Positions 24,923-34,670 are shown, counted from the first letter of the stretch. The stretch: 64,000 bases of DNA from Desulfosudaceae bacterium (GCA_963674745.2 CAXXDV010000001.1:256001-320000); one strand, 5' to 3'. A program made the numbers and translations. Notes: generated by a model from the letters alone, not told the origin.

Positions 24923-25999
24923 TTAGTTCTTATTTTCTAAGTTCAACAGCGGCAAAAGGCCTTTCTGATCTGGATCAATGATGTACTTTTTGCCGAGTTT
25001 GGGAAAAACATCTTTGGCCATCTCAAGATAAAGACGTCGCCGGGTCACATCCTTTGCTTTGGAATATTCTTCATACAGGGCCAGAAATTTGGCAGCATCA
25101 CCCTCAGCCCGGTTGATCCTGTCCAGAGCATAACCTTCCGCCACCCGGATCATTTTTTCAGCCTCCCCCTTGGCCGCGGGTATGGCCTGGTTATACTCTT
25201 TTCTGGCAGTAAAAATCATGGTCTCTTTTTCCTGTTCCGCCTTGTTGACCTCATTGAAGGAAGGCTGCACCTTGGGCGGCACATTTGTCTTTTTAAGCTC
25301 CAGGTTCGTAATCCGAATACCCGTCTCAGCGTCTTTCAGCTCCTTCTGGAGCAGTTTCCGGCATTCAGAAGCGATCTCTTCACGTTCAAAAAGCACCTCA
25401 TTAACACTGCGGTCTCCGACAATCAGACGCATGGAGGCTTCGGCCAGGTCCCGGAGCAGCATTTCAGCCCCTTCAACTTTGAATAAAAATTTTACGGGAT
25501 CTTTAATATTGTATTGCACCACCCAGGGCACAACCGCCACATTCAGGTCTCCGGTCAGCATCAGGGATTCATCATACTGACTTACCTGGGCGCGATTCGT
25601 TGAGTATGACGTCACCTCAGTCAGACCAAAAACCTCCCGCCGGTAATCTTCGACATTAACAATATTCAAGGTGTCAATCCCTTTGGGCAGCTTAAAATGC
25701 AGGCCGGGATAAGTCGTTTTTATATGTTCGCCAAACCGCCGGATAACGCCCACTTCCCGTTCTTCAACCTTATATGCCATGGTAGACACAAAAAAGACGG
25801 CCAGTATCGCCAGAACAATCAGCAGAATGGGCAGCCAGGAAAAGTTAAAATCCTTGAGTTTGTTCATCATATCATCCATCTGCGGCGGCATACCGCCATT
25901 GCCCCCATGGCCGCCATCGTCGGACCGCTGACCCGATCTTTTTTTCTGCTGCTGCTGGAGCTTTTCCCAGTCCCAGTTCATTGTCTTGCCTGTTTCCAT
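24923..25999 (-). CDS. hflK: FtsH modulator HflK
   Basis: MLTGDLN, VTRRRLYLE; paired with hflC. Confidence 0.93.
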   Translation of the reverse strand: METGKTMNWDWEKLQQQQKKRSGQRSDDGGHGGNGGMPPQMDDMMNKLKDFNFSWLPILLIVLAILAVFFVSTMAYKVEEREVGVIRRFGEHIKTTYPGLHFKLPKGIDTLNIVNVEDYRREVFGLTEVTSYSTNRAQVSQYDESLMLTGDLNVAVVPWVVQYNIKDPVKFLFKVEGAEMLLRDLAEASMRLIVGDRSVNEVLFEREEIASECRKLLQKELKDAETGIRITNLELKKTNVPPKVQPSFNEVNKAEQEKETMIFTARKEYNQAIPAAKGEAEKMIRVAEGYALDRINRAEGDAAKFLALYEEYSKAKDVTRRRLYLEMAKDVFPKLGKKYIIDPDQKGLLPLLNLENKN

Positions 26000-26226
26000 A
26001 ATAAAAATTCCCTGAAAAACATTTCAGTCGTCGACAGACGCACTTGATTGTATGGTAAGTATGTTGGCTTTCTGTGCCTTTAAACCATACCGGGTGAGAA
26101 TTGTCAACCGGCTGCCTTTCAATATCTTTTGATTTTTATTTTGTTTTCCTTTATGACGATACCATTGAACACAATACGCCCCGTCAGACGTTTACACGTT
26201 TTTGGGGCACCTCTGCGGAAGGCAAA

Positions 26227-26538
26227 ATGACCGGCAAAAACAAAAAAAAAGAACTTGAACACATCGGCGACATTATCAAGATCACGCTGGAAAACTGGGT
26301 CAACACCGCCGGCGAACCGATTACCCGGATATGGCAGGTATGGGATGCGGCCGTGGGCAGCCAGATCGCGGAAAGCGCCCGTCCCGCCTACCTGAAAAAC
26401 AAACTGCTCGTTGTTCACGTGCCCAGCTCGGTATGGATACAGCAGCTTCAATTTTCAAAAAAAAATATTATTGAAAATCTAAACGGCGCCGCCGGAAAAC
26501 ATCTTGTGTCCGAAATTAAATTTAAAGTTGAGTCCTGA
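26227..26538 (+). CDS. DUF721/DciA-family protein
   Basis: WDAAVGSQIA...LVVHVPSSVWIQQL...IKFKV. Confidence 0.8.
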   Translation: MTGKNKKKELEHIGDIIKITLENWVNTAGEPITRIWQVWDAAVGSQIAESARPAYLKNKLLVVHVPSSVWIQQLQFSKKNIIENLNGAAGKHLVSEIKFKVES

Positions 26539-27271
26539 ATATCCCCCAAGCCAGCGTTATACGGAAGACGCATTTTTTGACGGTCGACTGCGTGTCAGGC
26601 AGAGCGCCGACGGCTACCGTTTTTCGCTGGATGCCGTTATTCTGGCCTGGCATGTCGCCCCGGCAGCCGGGGCCAAAGTGGTGGACATCGGCACCGGCTG
26701 CGGCATTATCCCGCTGATCCTGGCCTACCGGCACCAGGGCATCACCATTGAAGGATTGGAAATCCAGCCCCAACTGGCAACCCTGGCCAGAGAAAATGTG
26801 ACCGCTAACCGGATGGAAGACCGCATTACGATCCATTGCGAAGATATTACCCGGGCGGCCGCGAAAATGCCGGCCGGAAAAACCGATCTGGTCATCTGCA
26901 ACCCGCCATTTCGAAAAACCGATGACGGGCGGCTCAACCCCAACCCGGAACGGGCCATTGCCAGGCATGAAATAACCGCCACCCTGGCCGAAATCATCGC
27001 CGCTGCCGGAAGACTGCTGCGAACCGCCGGAGATTTCGCAGCCGTTTATCCCGCCACCCGCCTGGTTGACATGGTTTCTGCTCTCCGGCAGGAAAACATC
27101 GAGCCCAAAGAGCTCAGGATGATCCATTCCCGGACGAACGAGCCGGCTAAACTGATACTGGTAAAGGGTAAAAAAAACGGGCGTCCGGGTATCGCCGTAC
27201 CCGCCCCCCTGATCATCTACCATGATGACGGGACGTACACCGCTGAAGCCAAAAAAATGTTCGAACCCTGA
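26528..27271 (+). CDS. tRNA1(Val) A37 N6-methyltransferase (TrmN6/YfiC-like)
   Basis: GYRFSLDAVIL, VDIGTGCG SAM motif, CNPPF, AIARHE. Confidence 0.85.
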   Translation: MSPEYPPSQRYTEDAFFDGRLRVRQSADGYRFSLDAVILAWHVAPAAGAKVVDIGTGCGIIPLILAYRHQGITIEGLEIQPQLATLARENVTANRMEDRITIHCEDITRAAAKMPAGKTDLVICNPPFRKTDDGRLNPNPERAIARHEITATLAEIIAAAGRLLRTAGDFAAVYPATRLVDMVSALRQENIEPKELRMIHSRTNEPAKLILVKGKKNGRPGIAVPAPLIIYHDDGTYTAEAKKMFEP

Positions 27272-27361
27272 AAAAAGCGCCTTTTTAAATTGACAGGGGT
27301 TTACCCGGGAGATTAGTATAATTTCGTCTGCGCCGACATACCGTGCGCAGGTGAAGACGCC

Positions 27362-27451
27362 GGAGAGGTGGCCGAGAGGCTGAAGGCTCCGCTCTCGAAA
27401 AGCGGTATCCTGCTTGCGGGATCGGGGGTTCGAATCCCCCCCTCTCCGCCA
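27362..27451 (+). tRNA. tRNA-Ser(CGA)
   Basis: GGAGAGGTGGCCGAG...CTCGAAA...long variable arm...CCGCCA. Confidence 0.95.
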
Positions 27452-27524
27452 GCGCTTCTTCGAAACGCCGCGTTACATCTCCATCCCCGCCGGCCCCGGA
27501 AAACGCCGCAACAAAATGTACGTA

Positions 27525-29048
27525 CTATTTGTCGTCCGGCTCCGGACACGGCAGGCCGGTCGGATCAACGAAAAGGCGAAACGGCCGTCGGATATGCCAG
27601 TTTTCTCTCAGCGGATCATAATGTCCGATCACCCGGTCTTTTAATATCAGCTTGAAAAAAGATTGCCGCCGCGCCGTAAAGACGAACACGCGCGGCCGGA
27701 ATCCGGGCGGCAGCATTTTCTGAAAAAGTCCGGTATCGGCCAGGCGGTTATAAACAGACCTCACCGGCCACAGGGCAAGGGGCCGGGCAAAGACCCGAAA
27801 CCGGCACCAGGCAGCAATCATTCTTCCCGACCTTCCCCCGGCAACACACCGCCGTCGATTTCTCCGCCGGGCGGACACCACCCGACCCATGACCGCTTCC
27901 GGCTGAACCAGGCCGGGATCTTCCTGACGGTTATTATCACCCCGGGTCCGGATACCCGCCGCTGTTACGCTGATCACACGATGCACCACCGGGCCGGACC
28001 GTTCAGGGCATTGGTAGCAAATGACATCACCGACCTGGACAGGGCCTTTATATGGCAACACCGTCAGCAAATCCGGCTCTCGCAGGGTGGGGTTCATACT
28101 GGGGCCGGTATAGGCAACAAACAGCGTCTCGGCGCTGCTGGCGGAACTGTCTTTGGGTCCTGTCTCTATCGACTGCGCGGGCGGCTGCACCGGCAGATGA
28201 TCGCTCCTGGCAACAGACGGATCCTTATTTTCAAGGACGCGATCGATTTCATTCCAGAAAGCGCCGGTCAGGCTGATGCCAAACCTGAACACCGGAACAG
28301 CCCGCACAAGGTCCTCCACGGCGGTCAATTGCTGTTGATGAAGCGAATGGATTTGGACATCGGTCAGATGGCGCCGCATAGTATGGGATACATGCTGCAC
28401 CACGTCCATGAGCATGGCCGTAGCCGGCGCGGGAGCCAAAGACACGGCGCTGTCTTCCGGTGACCGGGACAGGATAAAGACGCCCCGCAAAGGAACAGGC
28501 CGCTGGACATCCCAGCTGCCGCCGGGCCCGGGAACGCCCTTGTCCGTGTAAAACCGGCTCCAGGTGGGCCAGGCATGCGCCCAATACCGGCCGCTGCGGT
28601 CCCGTACGATCAGGGCGGCGTCATCGCTTAAAGCGCGCCAGGGGTCGGACAGTCGACGACTGGCGGTGGTTTTGCCCACGCCGCCGACACCGGCCAGAAT
28701 AACGCCCTCGCCTTTTGGGTCCGCCACCAGTGCCCCGTGAACCAGCAGGCCGCCGCGGGACTGGATCTCTTGCCCTATGGCCAGGCCGATCTGAAGCATA
28801 CCGCTGGTAAGCAGGTTGACATTCGTAGGTGGCAAAATGGTAATGACGGCCGGTCCGGGCCCGGACAGGTTGGCCGGCGGACTTTCCGCCCGGCCGATGG
28901 TGACCAGCAGTTCCCGCCCCGATGTTCCCGGCTGCAACCGCATGGCCGCACCCAGGGCCTTGACCACGTCCGCAGCCAGCGGATGGCCGGCCCGAATGCA
29001 CCAGCGGGCACCGTCCGCCAGCCGGATCATCATTGGAAATGAGGTCAT
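27525..29048 (-). CDS. ScmC-like (HPr-kinase-like P-loop) protein fused to an S26-family peptidase domain
   Basis: LVHGAL, GVGGVGKTT, LSDD, WPTWS in the N-terminal part; GPSMNPTL...HRV...RGDNN..DP in the C-terminal part; start trimmed to avoid overlap with the precursor gene. Confidence 0.75.
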   Translation of the reverse strand: MTSFPMMIRLADGARWCIRAGHPLAADVVKALGAAMRLQPGTSGRELLVTIGRAESPPANLSGPGPAVITILPPTNVNLLTSGMLQIGLAIGQEIQSRGGLLVHGALVADPKGEGVILAGVGGVGKTTASRRLSDPWRALSDDAALIVRDRSGRYWAHAWPTWSRFYTDKGVPGPGGSWDVQRPVPLRGVFILSRSPEDSAVSLAPAPATAMLMDVVQHVSHTMRRHLTDVQIHSLHQQQLTAVEDLVRAVPVFRFGISLTGAFWNEIDRVLENKDPSVARSDHLPVQPPAQSIETGPKDSSASSAETLFVAYTGPSMNPTLREPDLLTVLPYKGPVQVGDVICYQCPERSGPVVHRVISVTAAGIRTRGDNNRQEDPGLVQPEAVMGRVVSARRRNRRRCVAGGRSGRMIAAWCRFRVFARPLALWPVRSVYNRLADTGLFQKMLPPGFRPRVFVFTARRQSFFKLILKDRVIGHYDPLRENWHIRRPFRLFVDPTGLPCPEPDDK

Positions 29049-29118
29049 TGTTTTATCTGCCGGCGATCGGGCAGTCCGAATGCCCTGCCGAAGGGGATAA
29101 GAAATTGAACCGGAAATT

Positions 29119-29403
29119 TTAAAAACCGCTTCCTGAATTACATTGCCCGCCGGGAAAATTCCCTGATAAACATTGCCCGCCGGCCGCATCTCCTATTTGA
29201 CATTTCGCCCCCGTGGCCGCGTTTCCGGTTTGACATTTACTGGATCCCGGGTTAAAGCCGGTTGAGCAACCGCCTCCCGTGGTATCTCCGGAACCGGGAC
29301 TGCAGGCCCCGGCCCCCTGATCTAAGGCATCCAGCCGGATCGCCCGGGGCGGCTCGTAGGTCAGGCGTTTGTTCTTTTTTGGGGCGGCATCGCTGTCGGT
29401 CAT
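29119..29403 (-). CDS. Putative RiPP precursor peptide (ScmA-like) with a YEPP leader and six CxxG repeats
   Basis: AGAGGAAG RBS-like sequence; leader TYEPPRAIRL; Gly/Ser-rich core with CSPG, CSTG, CQTG, CQIG, CLSG, CNSG. Confidence 0.75.
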   Translation of the reverse strand: MTDSDAAPKKNKRLTYEPPRAIRLDALDQGAGACSPGSGDTTGGGCSTGFNPGSSKCQTGNAATGAKCQIGDAAGGQCLSGNFPGGQCNSGSGF

Positions 29404-29643
29404 CTGACCTGCTTCCTCTCAGATAAAACTTTTATTACCATCGCCGACTTTAGGCAAAGAACCGCTTTTGAGAAGCAATTGGAAAAAACGTTGGTTTGTC
29501 AGCGTATAAAAAAGCTATTATGTCTTCAATATAATAATAAACTAATACATAATACCCGTTCGTCAAACATTTTAACAGCTTTTTCATAAAGATAGACACA
29601 TGCAGCCGCCCTGTGATCACTCTCCGGATTATTAAGGACACCG

Positions 29644-29961
29644 CTAAAAATTGCCTTTGGGCCCGAAATACGTGCCGCCCGCATGCCATTCGAAGCCGAT
29701 AAAACCGTCCGCTGCCAGTTCTTCCAGCATGGAGACGACGTCCTGGGCGGCATTGACCGGCGCATCCGGAAATTGCTTGCTGACCGCGGTGATAATCCCG
29801 GCAACCGTACGCCGGCCGTCCACCAGTTGCCAGACAGCAAAACCCGTATGATTGAGGGCGATGGAGGCGGCCGTGTCCATGTTGACCAGCACGGACTCCC
29901 CATCAGGGAGCCTGTGACAGATGACTGCCGGATTGGCCAGTGGTATTGCCGTCTGTTTCAT
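29644..29961 (-). CDS. PqqD-family RiPP recognition element (ScmD-like)
   Basis: ANPAV...LNHTGFAVWQLVDGRRTV...DVVSMLEELAADGFI, typical PqqD pattern. Confidence 0.85.
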   Translation of the reverse strand: MKQTAIPLANPAVICHRLPDGESVLVNMDTAASIALNHTGFAVWQLVDGRRTVAGIITAVSKQFPDAPVNAAQDVVSMLEELAADGFIGFEWHAGGTYFGPKGNF

Positions 29962-30253
29962 TGCGAATCTTTTGGGAAAATAAAACGCCTGTTAAATAAT
30001 CACCCTTTATCGCAAAACAATTCCCGGCTCAACAGTTCTTTAGCCCGATATTTCATAAATTTTCTTGACCTGAACACCAGAAAATGGTTTAACGACTTTC
30101 GACATGATACCGGTCAACGCTTTGGGCGGCTGGTATTTTGTACTTATATGTTATAAAAACGGGTTGTTGGGATCTTGCGGAATGCAAATAGATTTTTAAT
30201 TCAAACATATGGCATTTCCCGGGTTCATACCGGCCCTAAAGTTCCGATAATGC

Positions 30254-30344
30254 GGAGAGATGGCCGAGCTGGCTGAAGGTGCACGACTGGAAATCGTGTG
30301 TGCTGTAACAGGCACCGAGGGTTCGAATCCCTCTCTCTCCGCCA
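30254..30344 (+). tRNA. tRNA-Ser(GGA)
   Basis: GGAGAGATGGCCGAG...CTGGAAA...CTCCGCCA. Confidence 0.95.
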
Positions 30345-30401
30345 CCTGATTTCGGACATTCACCGTAATCAAGGCGCTTGATTGCGTAAGGCGATTTTCC
30401 C

Positions 30402-32126
30402 ATGGCATACCTTGTTCTGGCCCGCAAATATCGTCCCCAGACGTTTGCGGAGGTAATCGAACAAACGCAGACGACACAGACCCTGACCAATGCGATTACC
30501 GGCGGTCGTGTCGCGCATGCCCTCCTTTTTTCAGGCCCCCGGGGCACCGGGAAAACGACCATTGCCCGTATCATGGCCAAAGCCATGAACTGTGAACAGG
30601 GCCCGACACCGACCCCGTGCAACCAGTGCCGGTCCTGCCGGGAGATCACATCCGGAAACGCGACGGACGTGTACGAGATCGACGGCGCCTCCAACAACAG
30701 TGTCGACCAGATACGTGAACTCCGCAGCAACATCAAATTCATGCCGGCTCACAGCCCGCACAAAATTTACATTATCGATGAAGTTCACATGCTGACGGCT
30801 TCGGCTTTCAACGCACTGTTAAAAACCTTAGAAGAGCCGCCGCCCCACGTCATGTTTGAGTTCGCCACCACCGAACCCCACAAGATTCCGATCACCATTC
30901 TTTCCCGCTGCCAGCGATATGACCTCTCGTACGTTTCCCTGGCGTCGATTGTGGCCCACCTGGCCCACCTCTGCGAAGCAGAAGGCTACCAGGTTGAAAA
31001 CCGGAGCCTGGAACTGATCGCCCGGGAAGCCGGCGGCAGCATCCGGGATGCCTTGAGCCTGCTCGACCAGGTCATGAGCTGTACCGGCAACGAGCTGGCA
31101 CATGATCATGTGGTCGACATCCTGGGCGTGACCAACCGGGACAGCCTGTTTTCCCTTTCCGGGGCCGCGCTTTCGGGGAACCTGCCGCAGATCCTGGACA
31201 TGATAGAAGACATGTACCGCAGCGGCATGGATATCAAAAAAATTTATGCCGACCTGATCGCCCATTTCAGGGACCTGTTGATCGTCAAGCTGGGAAAGAA
31301 CATGGAGACGTCGGCCGCCCTTCCCGCCCATGAGATTGAACGAATCGGAAAACAGGTCGAAAAAACGGCGGAAACCCATTTACACCAGGTCCTGACCATT
31401 CTTCTAAACGAAGAAAAAACCATCCGCTGGTCCAGCCAGCCGAAAATCGCCATGGAAATGGCGTTGATCAAAATCTGCCGGTTACAACCGCCGCTGCCTG
31501 TGGACACCCTGATTGAAAAGATCGAGTCGTTAAAGGACCGGTTTCTGGAACTGTCCGCCGGGGCCGGGGATGCCGCCGGCCCGACATCCGAGACGGCCGC
31601 GCCCACAGCCGGTGATCAATTTTCCGGTCCGGCACCGGCAGCACCGGAGCCGGCAAAAACAGAACCGGGCACATTCTCCGGCGCGCCTGTTACGACCGAC
31701 ACGAAGCCGGATACTATTGCCCCCCCCGCAGATGAAACCAGGCCGAAAAAGGCCCGGGTGGCCACGGAAAACATCCGCCCTGAAGAAGCCTGGACCGCCA
31801 TACGCGCCATCATTAACGATGGACATCCCATGCTGGCGGCGAATTTAAGAAACAGCGTCCTGTCAGGCATCCATGGCAACACAATTGAAGTCGATATCAA
31901 AGACTCCAAAATCGTCGTCGGCCTGCTCCAGCAGGAAGACAACCTGGCCGCCCTGAAGAAAATCTGCTCGACCTTCTATGAAAAAGAAATGAACGTCCGG
32001 CTGAGGCACATCGCCACTCCCGCCGCCAGAAAACAGCCGCCGCCCCGGCAACAGCCGGGCATACATCCGCTTGTTCGGGATGCCCTGGATATATTCGGCG
32101 GCGATATCGTAACCAACAGGACTTGA
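30402..32126 (+). CDS. dnaX: DNA polymerase III subunit gamma/tau
   Basis: LARKYRPQTF, GPRGTGKT, IIDEVHML, SRC. Confidence 0.98.
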   Translation: MAYLVLARKYRPQTFAEVIEQTQTTQTLTNAITGGRVAHALLFSGPRGTGKTTIARIMAKAMNCEQGPTPTPCNQCRSCREITSGNATDVYEIDGASNNSVDQIRELRSNIKFMPAHSPHKIYIIDEVHMLTASAFNALLKTLEEPPPHVMFEFATTEPHKIPITILSRCQRYDLSYVSLASIVAHLAHLCEAEGYQVENRSLELIAREAGGSIRDALSLLDQVMSCTGNELAHDHVVDILGVTNRDSLFSLSGAALSGNLPQILDMIEDMYRSGMDIKKIYADLIAHFRDLLIVKLGKNMETSAALPAHEIERIGKQVEKTAETHLHQVLTILLNEEKTIRWSSQPKIAMEMALIKICRLQPPLPVDTLIEKIESLKDRFLELSAGAGDAAGPTSETAAPTAGDQFSGPAPAAPEPAKTEPGTFSGAPVTTDTKPDTIAPPADETRPKKARVATENIRPEEAWTAIRAIINDGHPMLAANLRNSVLSGIHGNTIEVDIKDSKIVVGLLQQEDNLAALKKICSTFYEKEMNVRLRHIATPAARKQPPPRQQPGIHPLVRDALDIFGGDIVTNRT

Positions 32127-32150
32127 GTATTATCAAGCAGGAGGACAAAA

Positions 32151-32462
32151 ATGAAAAATATGGGCAATATGATGAAGCAGGCACAGAAGCTTCAGGCCAA
32201 AATGATGAAAATGCAGGAAGAGCTTGCGGACAAAACAATTGAAGCCAGTGTCGGCGGCGGTATGGTCAAAGTGGTTGCCAATGGCCGGCAGCAGATCGTC
32301 TCACTGACCATCGAAAAAGAAGTCGTCGATCCCGAAGACGTGGAAATGCTTCAGGACCTGGTCCTTTCGGCCGTCAATGACGCACTGGCCCGATCACAGG
32401 AGATGGTATCATCGGAAATGAGCAAGCTGACCGGCGGCATGAACATCCCCGGCCTGATGTAG
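32151..32462 (+). CDS. ybaB: YbaB/EbfC nucleoid-associated protein
   Basis: [24 protein letters not shown]. Confidence 0.95.
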   Translation: MKNMGNMMKQAQKLQAKMMKMQEELADKTIEASVGGGMVKVVANGRQQIVSLTIEKEVVDPEDVEMLQDLVLSAVNDALARSQEMVSSEMSKLTGGMNIPGLM

Positions 32463-32469
32463 CCCGCGT

Positions 32470-33069
32470 ATGAACCAATACCCGCAATCCATCCGCAATG
32501 CCATCAACCAGCTGGTCCGCCTGCCGGGCATCGGCCAGCGAACCGCCGAGCGACTGGCCATGCACCTGCTGCGCACAAGTGAAAAAGACATTAACAACCT
32601 CGCCCGGAGCCTGGTCGACCTGAAAAAGCAGACCGTATTGTGTTCAAAATGTTTTACCTTGAGTGACAGCCCCCTTTGCCGGATATGCCGGGATCCTTCA
32701 CGGACCCAAACGTTGTTGTGCGTTGTCGAAGGGCCGGCGGAAATGATGGCCGTTGAAAATACCGGCGCCTATAACGGTATTTATCATGTCCTTCACGGCG
32801 TGCTGTCGCCCATGGACGGCATCGGGCCTGACGACATCAGAATTAACGAGCTGATCAAGCGGGTCGGGCAGGGGGAGGCCACCGAAATCGTTCTGGCCAC
32901 CAGCACCCAGGTTGAAGGCGAGGCGACCGCCGCCTATCTGGCCGAACGATTGAAGCCATATAATATCACCGTCACCCGCATCGCCTCCGGCATGCCGGTC
33001 GGCGGCGACTTGAAATACACCGATCCGGTTACACTTAAAAACGCCATGGAAAAACGCCATGCCATATAA
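32470..33069 (+). CDS. recR: Recombination mediator RecR
   Basis: LPGIGQRTAERLA, Zn finger, Toprim EGEATA. Confidence 0.97.
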   Translation: MNQYPQSIRNAINQLVRLPGIGQRTAERLAMHLLRTSEKDINNLARSLVDLKKQTVLCSKCFTLSDSPLCRICRDPSRTQTLLCVVEGPAEMMAVENTGAYNGIYHVLHGVLSPMDGIGPDDIRINELIKRVGQGEATEIVLATSTQVEGEATAAYLAERLKPYNITVTRIASGMPVGGDLKYTDPVTLKNAMEKRHAI

Positions 33070-33478
33070 AAGTATTACGGCCGAAGATATATTCCAGTGC
33101 CAGATGTGCGGCGAGTGCTGCCGCGGTTACGGCGGTACCTACCTGACGGAAAAAGACGTCACCGCCATTTCCGCTTATCTCAAAATTGATGAGGCATCTT
33201 TTTTGAAAACATATTGCACCTATTCCGGAAGCCGTCCCATCCTGGCCCAGAAAGAAGACGGATTCTGCATGTTCTGGGAGGACAAGATGTGTTCTATCCA
33301 TCCGGTCAAACCCCGCATGTGCAAAGCCTGGCCGTTCATCGAAAGCGTGCTGGCGGATATCGGGAACTGGGAAATCATGTCCGCCTTCTGCCCGGGCATC
33401 CGGACTGAATTTCCGCCGGAAGTGATTCAGTCCTGCGTCCGAAAAGAACTGGAGAAATCCCGTGATCGGCATTTTTGA
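33059..33478 (+). CDS. YkgJ-family cysteine-cluster protein
   Basis: FQCQMCGECC...CMF...CSIHPVKPRMCKAWPF. Confidence 0.85.
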   Translation: MPYKSITAEDIFQCQMCGECCRGYGGTYLTEKDVTAISAYLKIDEASFLKTYCTYSGSRPILAQKEDGFCMFWEDKMCSIHPVKPRMCKAWPFIESVLADIGNWEIMSAFCPGIRTEFPPEVIQSCVRKELEKSRDRHF

Positions 33479-34247
33479 CTCAGGCCTGGGCGGGCTGACC
33501 GTGGCCCGTGCCATTATGGACGCCCTTCCCGGCTACGATATCGTCTATTTCGGCGATACGGCCCGCACCCCCTACGGCGCGAAAAGCGCCAGCACGGTTG
33601 AAAAATACGCCCTCGAAGATACGGACCTGCTGCTTGACCGGGGCGCCAAAATCATCGTCATAGCCTGCAACAGCGCCGCCAGCGTGGCCACCGACAGTAT
33701 CGTAAAGACCTTCCATGTGCCCGTATTTGAAGTCATCACCCCGGCGGTTGAAACAGCTATTTCAATGACGAAAACCGGCGCCTTCGGCGTTATCGGCACC
33801 CGCGCCACCATCGCCAGCGGTATATACGAAAAGAAAATCATCGAGCAGCGTCCCGATGCCAGGGTCTATTCCCTGGCCTGCCCCCTGCTGGTGCCGCTGG
33901 TGGAAGAAGGGTGGATGAAAAAGCCGGAAACCGCCATGATCGTCAAAAAATACCTGCACCCCTTAAAGACAAAGCCCATTGACGCCCTGATTCTGGGCTG
34001 CACCCATTATCCTATCTTAAAAAAAACCATCCAGCAGAAAATCGGCAAGGGGGTAAAAGCCATTGACTCGGCCACGGTGGTGGCGCAAAGCGTCAAACAG
34101 CACATCGACACCCATCCCGAAACCGCAGCCATGCTGTCAACCGGCGGCGAAACCCGTTTCCTGGTTTCCGATGTCACCGATCAGTTCAAAAAAACGGCCC
34201 AGATGATCCTGAACCGGAACGTCCGGCTGGAGCATATCAGTCTTTAA
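33462..34247 (+). CDS. murI: Glutamate racemase
   Basis: IGIFDSGLGGL, IACNSA, LGCTHYP. Confidence 0.97.
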   Translation: MIGIFDSGLGGLTVARAIMDALPGYDIVYFGDTARTPYGAKSASTVEKYALEDTDLLLDRGAKIIVIACNSAASVATDSIVKTFHVPVFEVITPAVETAISMTKTGAFGVIGTRATIASGIYEKKIIEQRPDARVYSLACPLLVPLVEEGWMKKPETAMIVKKYLHPLKTKPIDALILGCTHYPILKKTIQQKIGKGVKAIDSATVVAQSVKQHIDTHPETAAMLSTGGETRFLVSDVTDQFKKTAQMILNRNVRLEHISL

Positions 34248-34250
34248 TTT

Positions 34251-34631
34251 TTATTTCAGCAGATCTCTGATGGACATCAGTTCGGCGGTGATTTCTTCTA
34301 AAAAATCCGTACTCTCTTTTGACTTCTTTCTTGATTTCAAGTACTTTCTGGCGCCTTTTAAGGTGAATTTCTTTTGATAAAGCAGGTACTTGATTTTTAA
34401 TACCTGCTCGATGTCGGACCGGCTGTAAAGGCGCTGACCGGCCTCGGTTCGACCGGGCGAAAGCTGCGGGAATTCGGATTCCCAGAAGCGCAGTACATGG
34501 GCGGCCACACCGGTCAGCCCGCAGACCTCCCCGATCCTGAAATACAGCTTGTCGGGAATAGGTGGCAGGTCTTCAAATTCCTGGGGAATCAATGAAATGG
34601 TGGTATCGCCTTTTTTTTCCGGCATGGGCAT
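34251..34631 (-). CDS. MerR-family HTH regulator
   Basis: KLYFRIGEV, VLRFWESEF, GQRLY. Confidence 0.9.
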   Translation of the reverse strand: MPMPEKKGDTTISLIPQEFEDLPPIPDKLYFRIGEVCGLTGVAAHVLRFWESEFPQLSPGRTEAGQRLYSRSDIEQVLKIKYLLYQKKFTLKGARKYLKSRKKSKESTDFLEEITAELMSIRDLLK

Positions 34632-34670
34632 CCATCCGTCACGTTGGCCTGAATAACCGTCAACCGGGGT

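Noticed and set aside
29049..29189. N-terminal extension of the 554-aa ORF
   Set aside because: It overlaps the precursor gene in another frame; the downstream ATG at 29048 is more plausible
30345..30401. SRP RNA (ffs), often found before dnaX
   Set aside because: The gap is only 57 bp and lacks the conserved SRP domain IV motif
31500..32126. dnaX programmed frameshift or slippage site
   Set aside because: No A AAA AAG heptamer or long A-run seen at the expected position; the Pro/Ala-rich linker is normal
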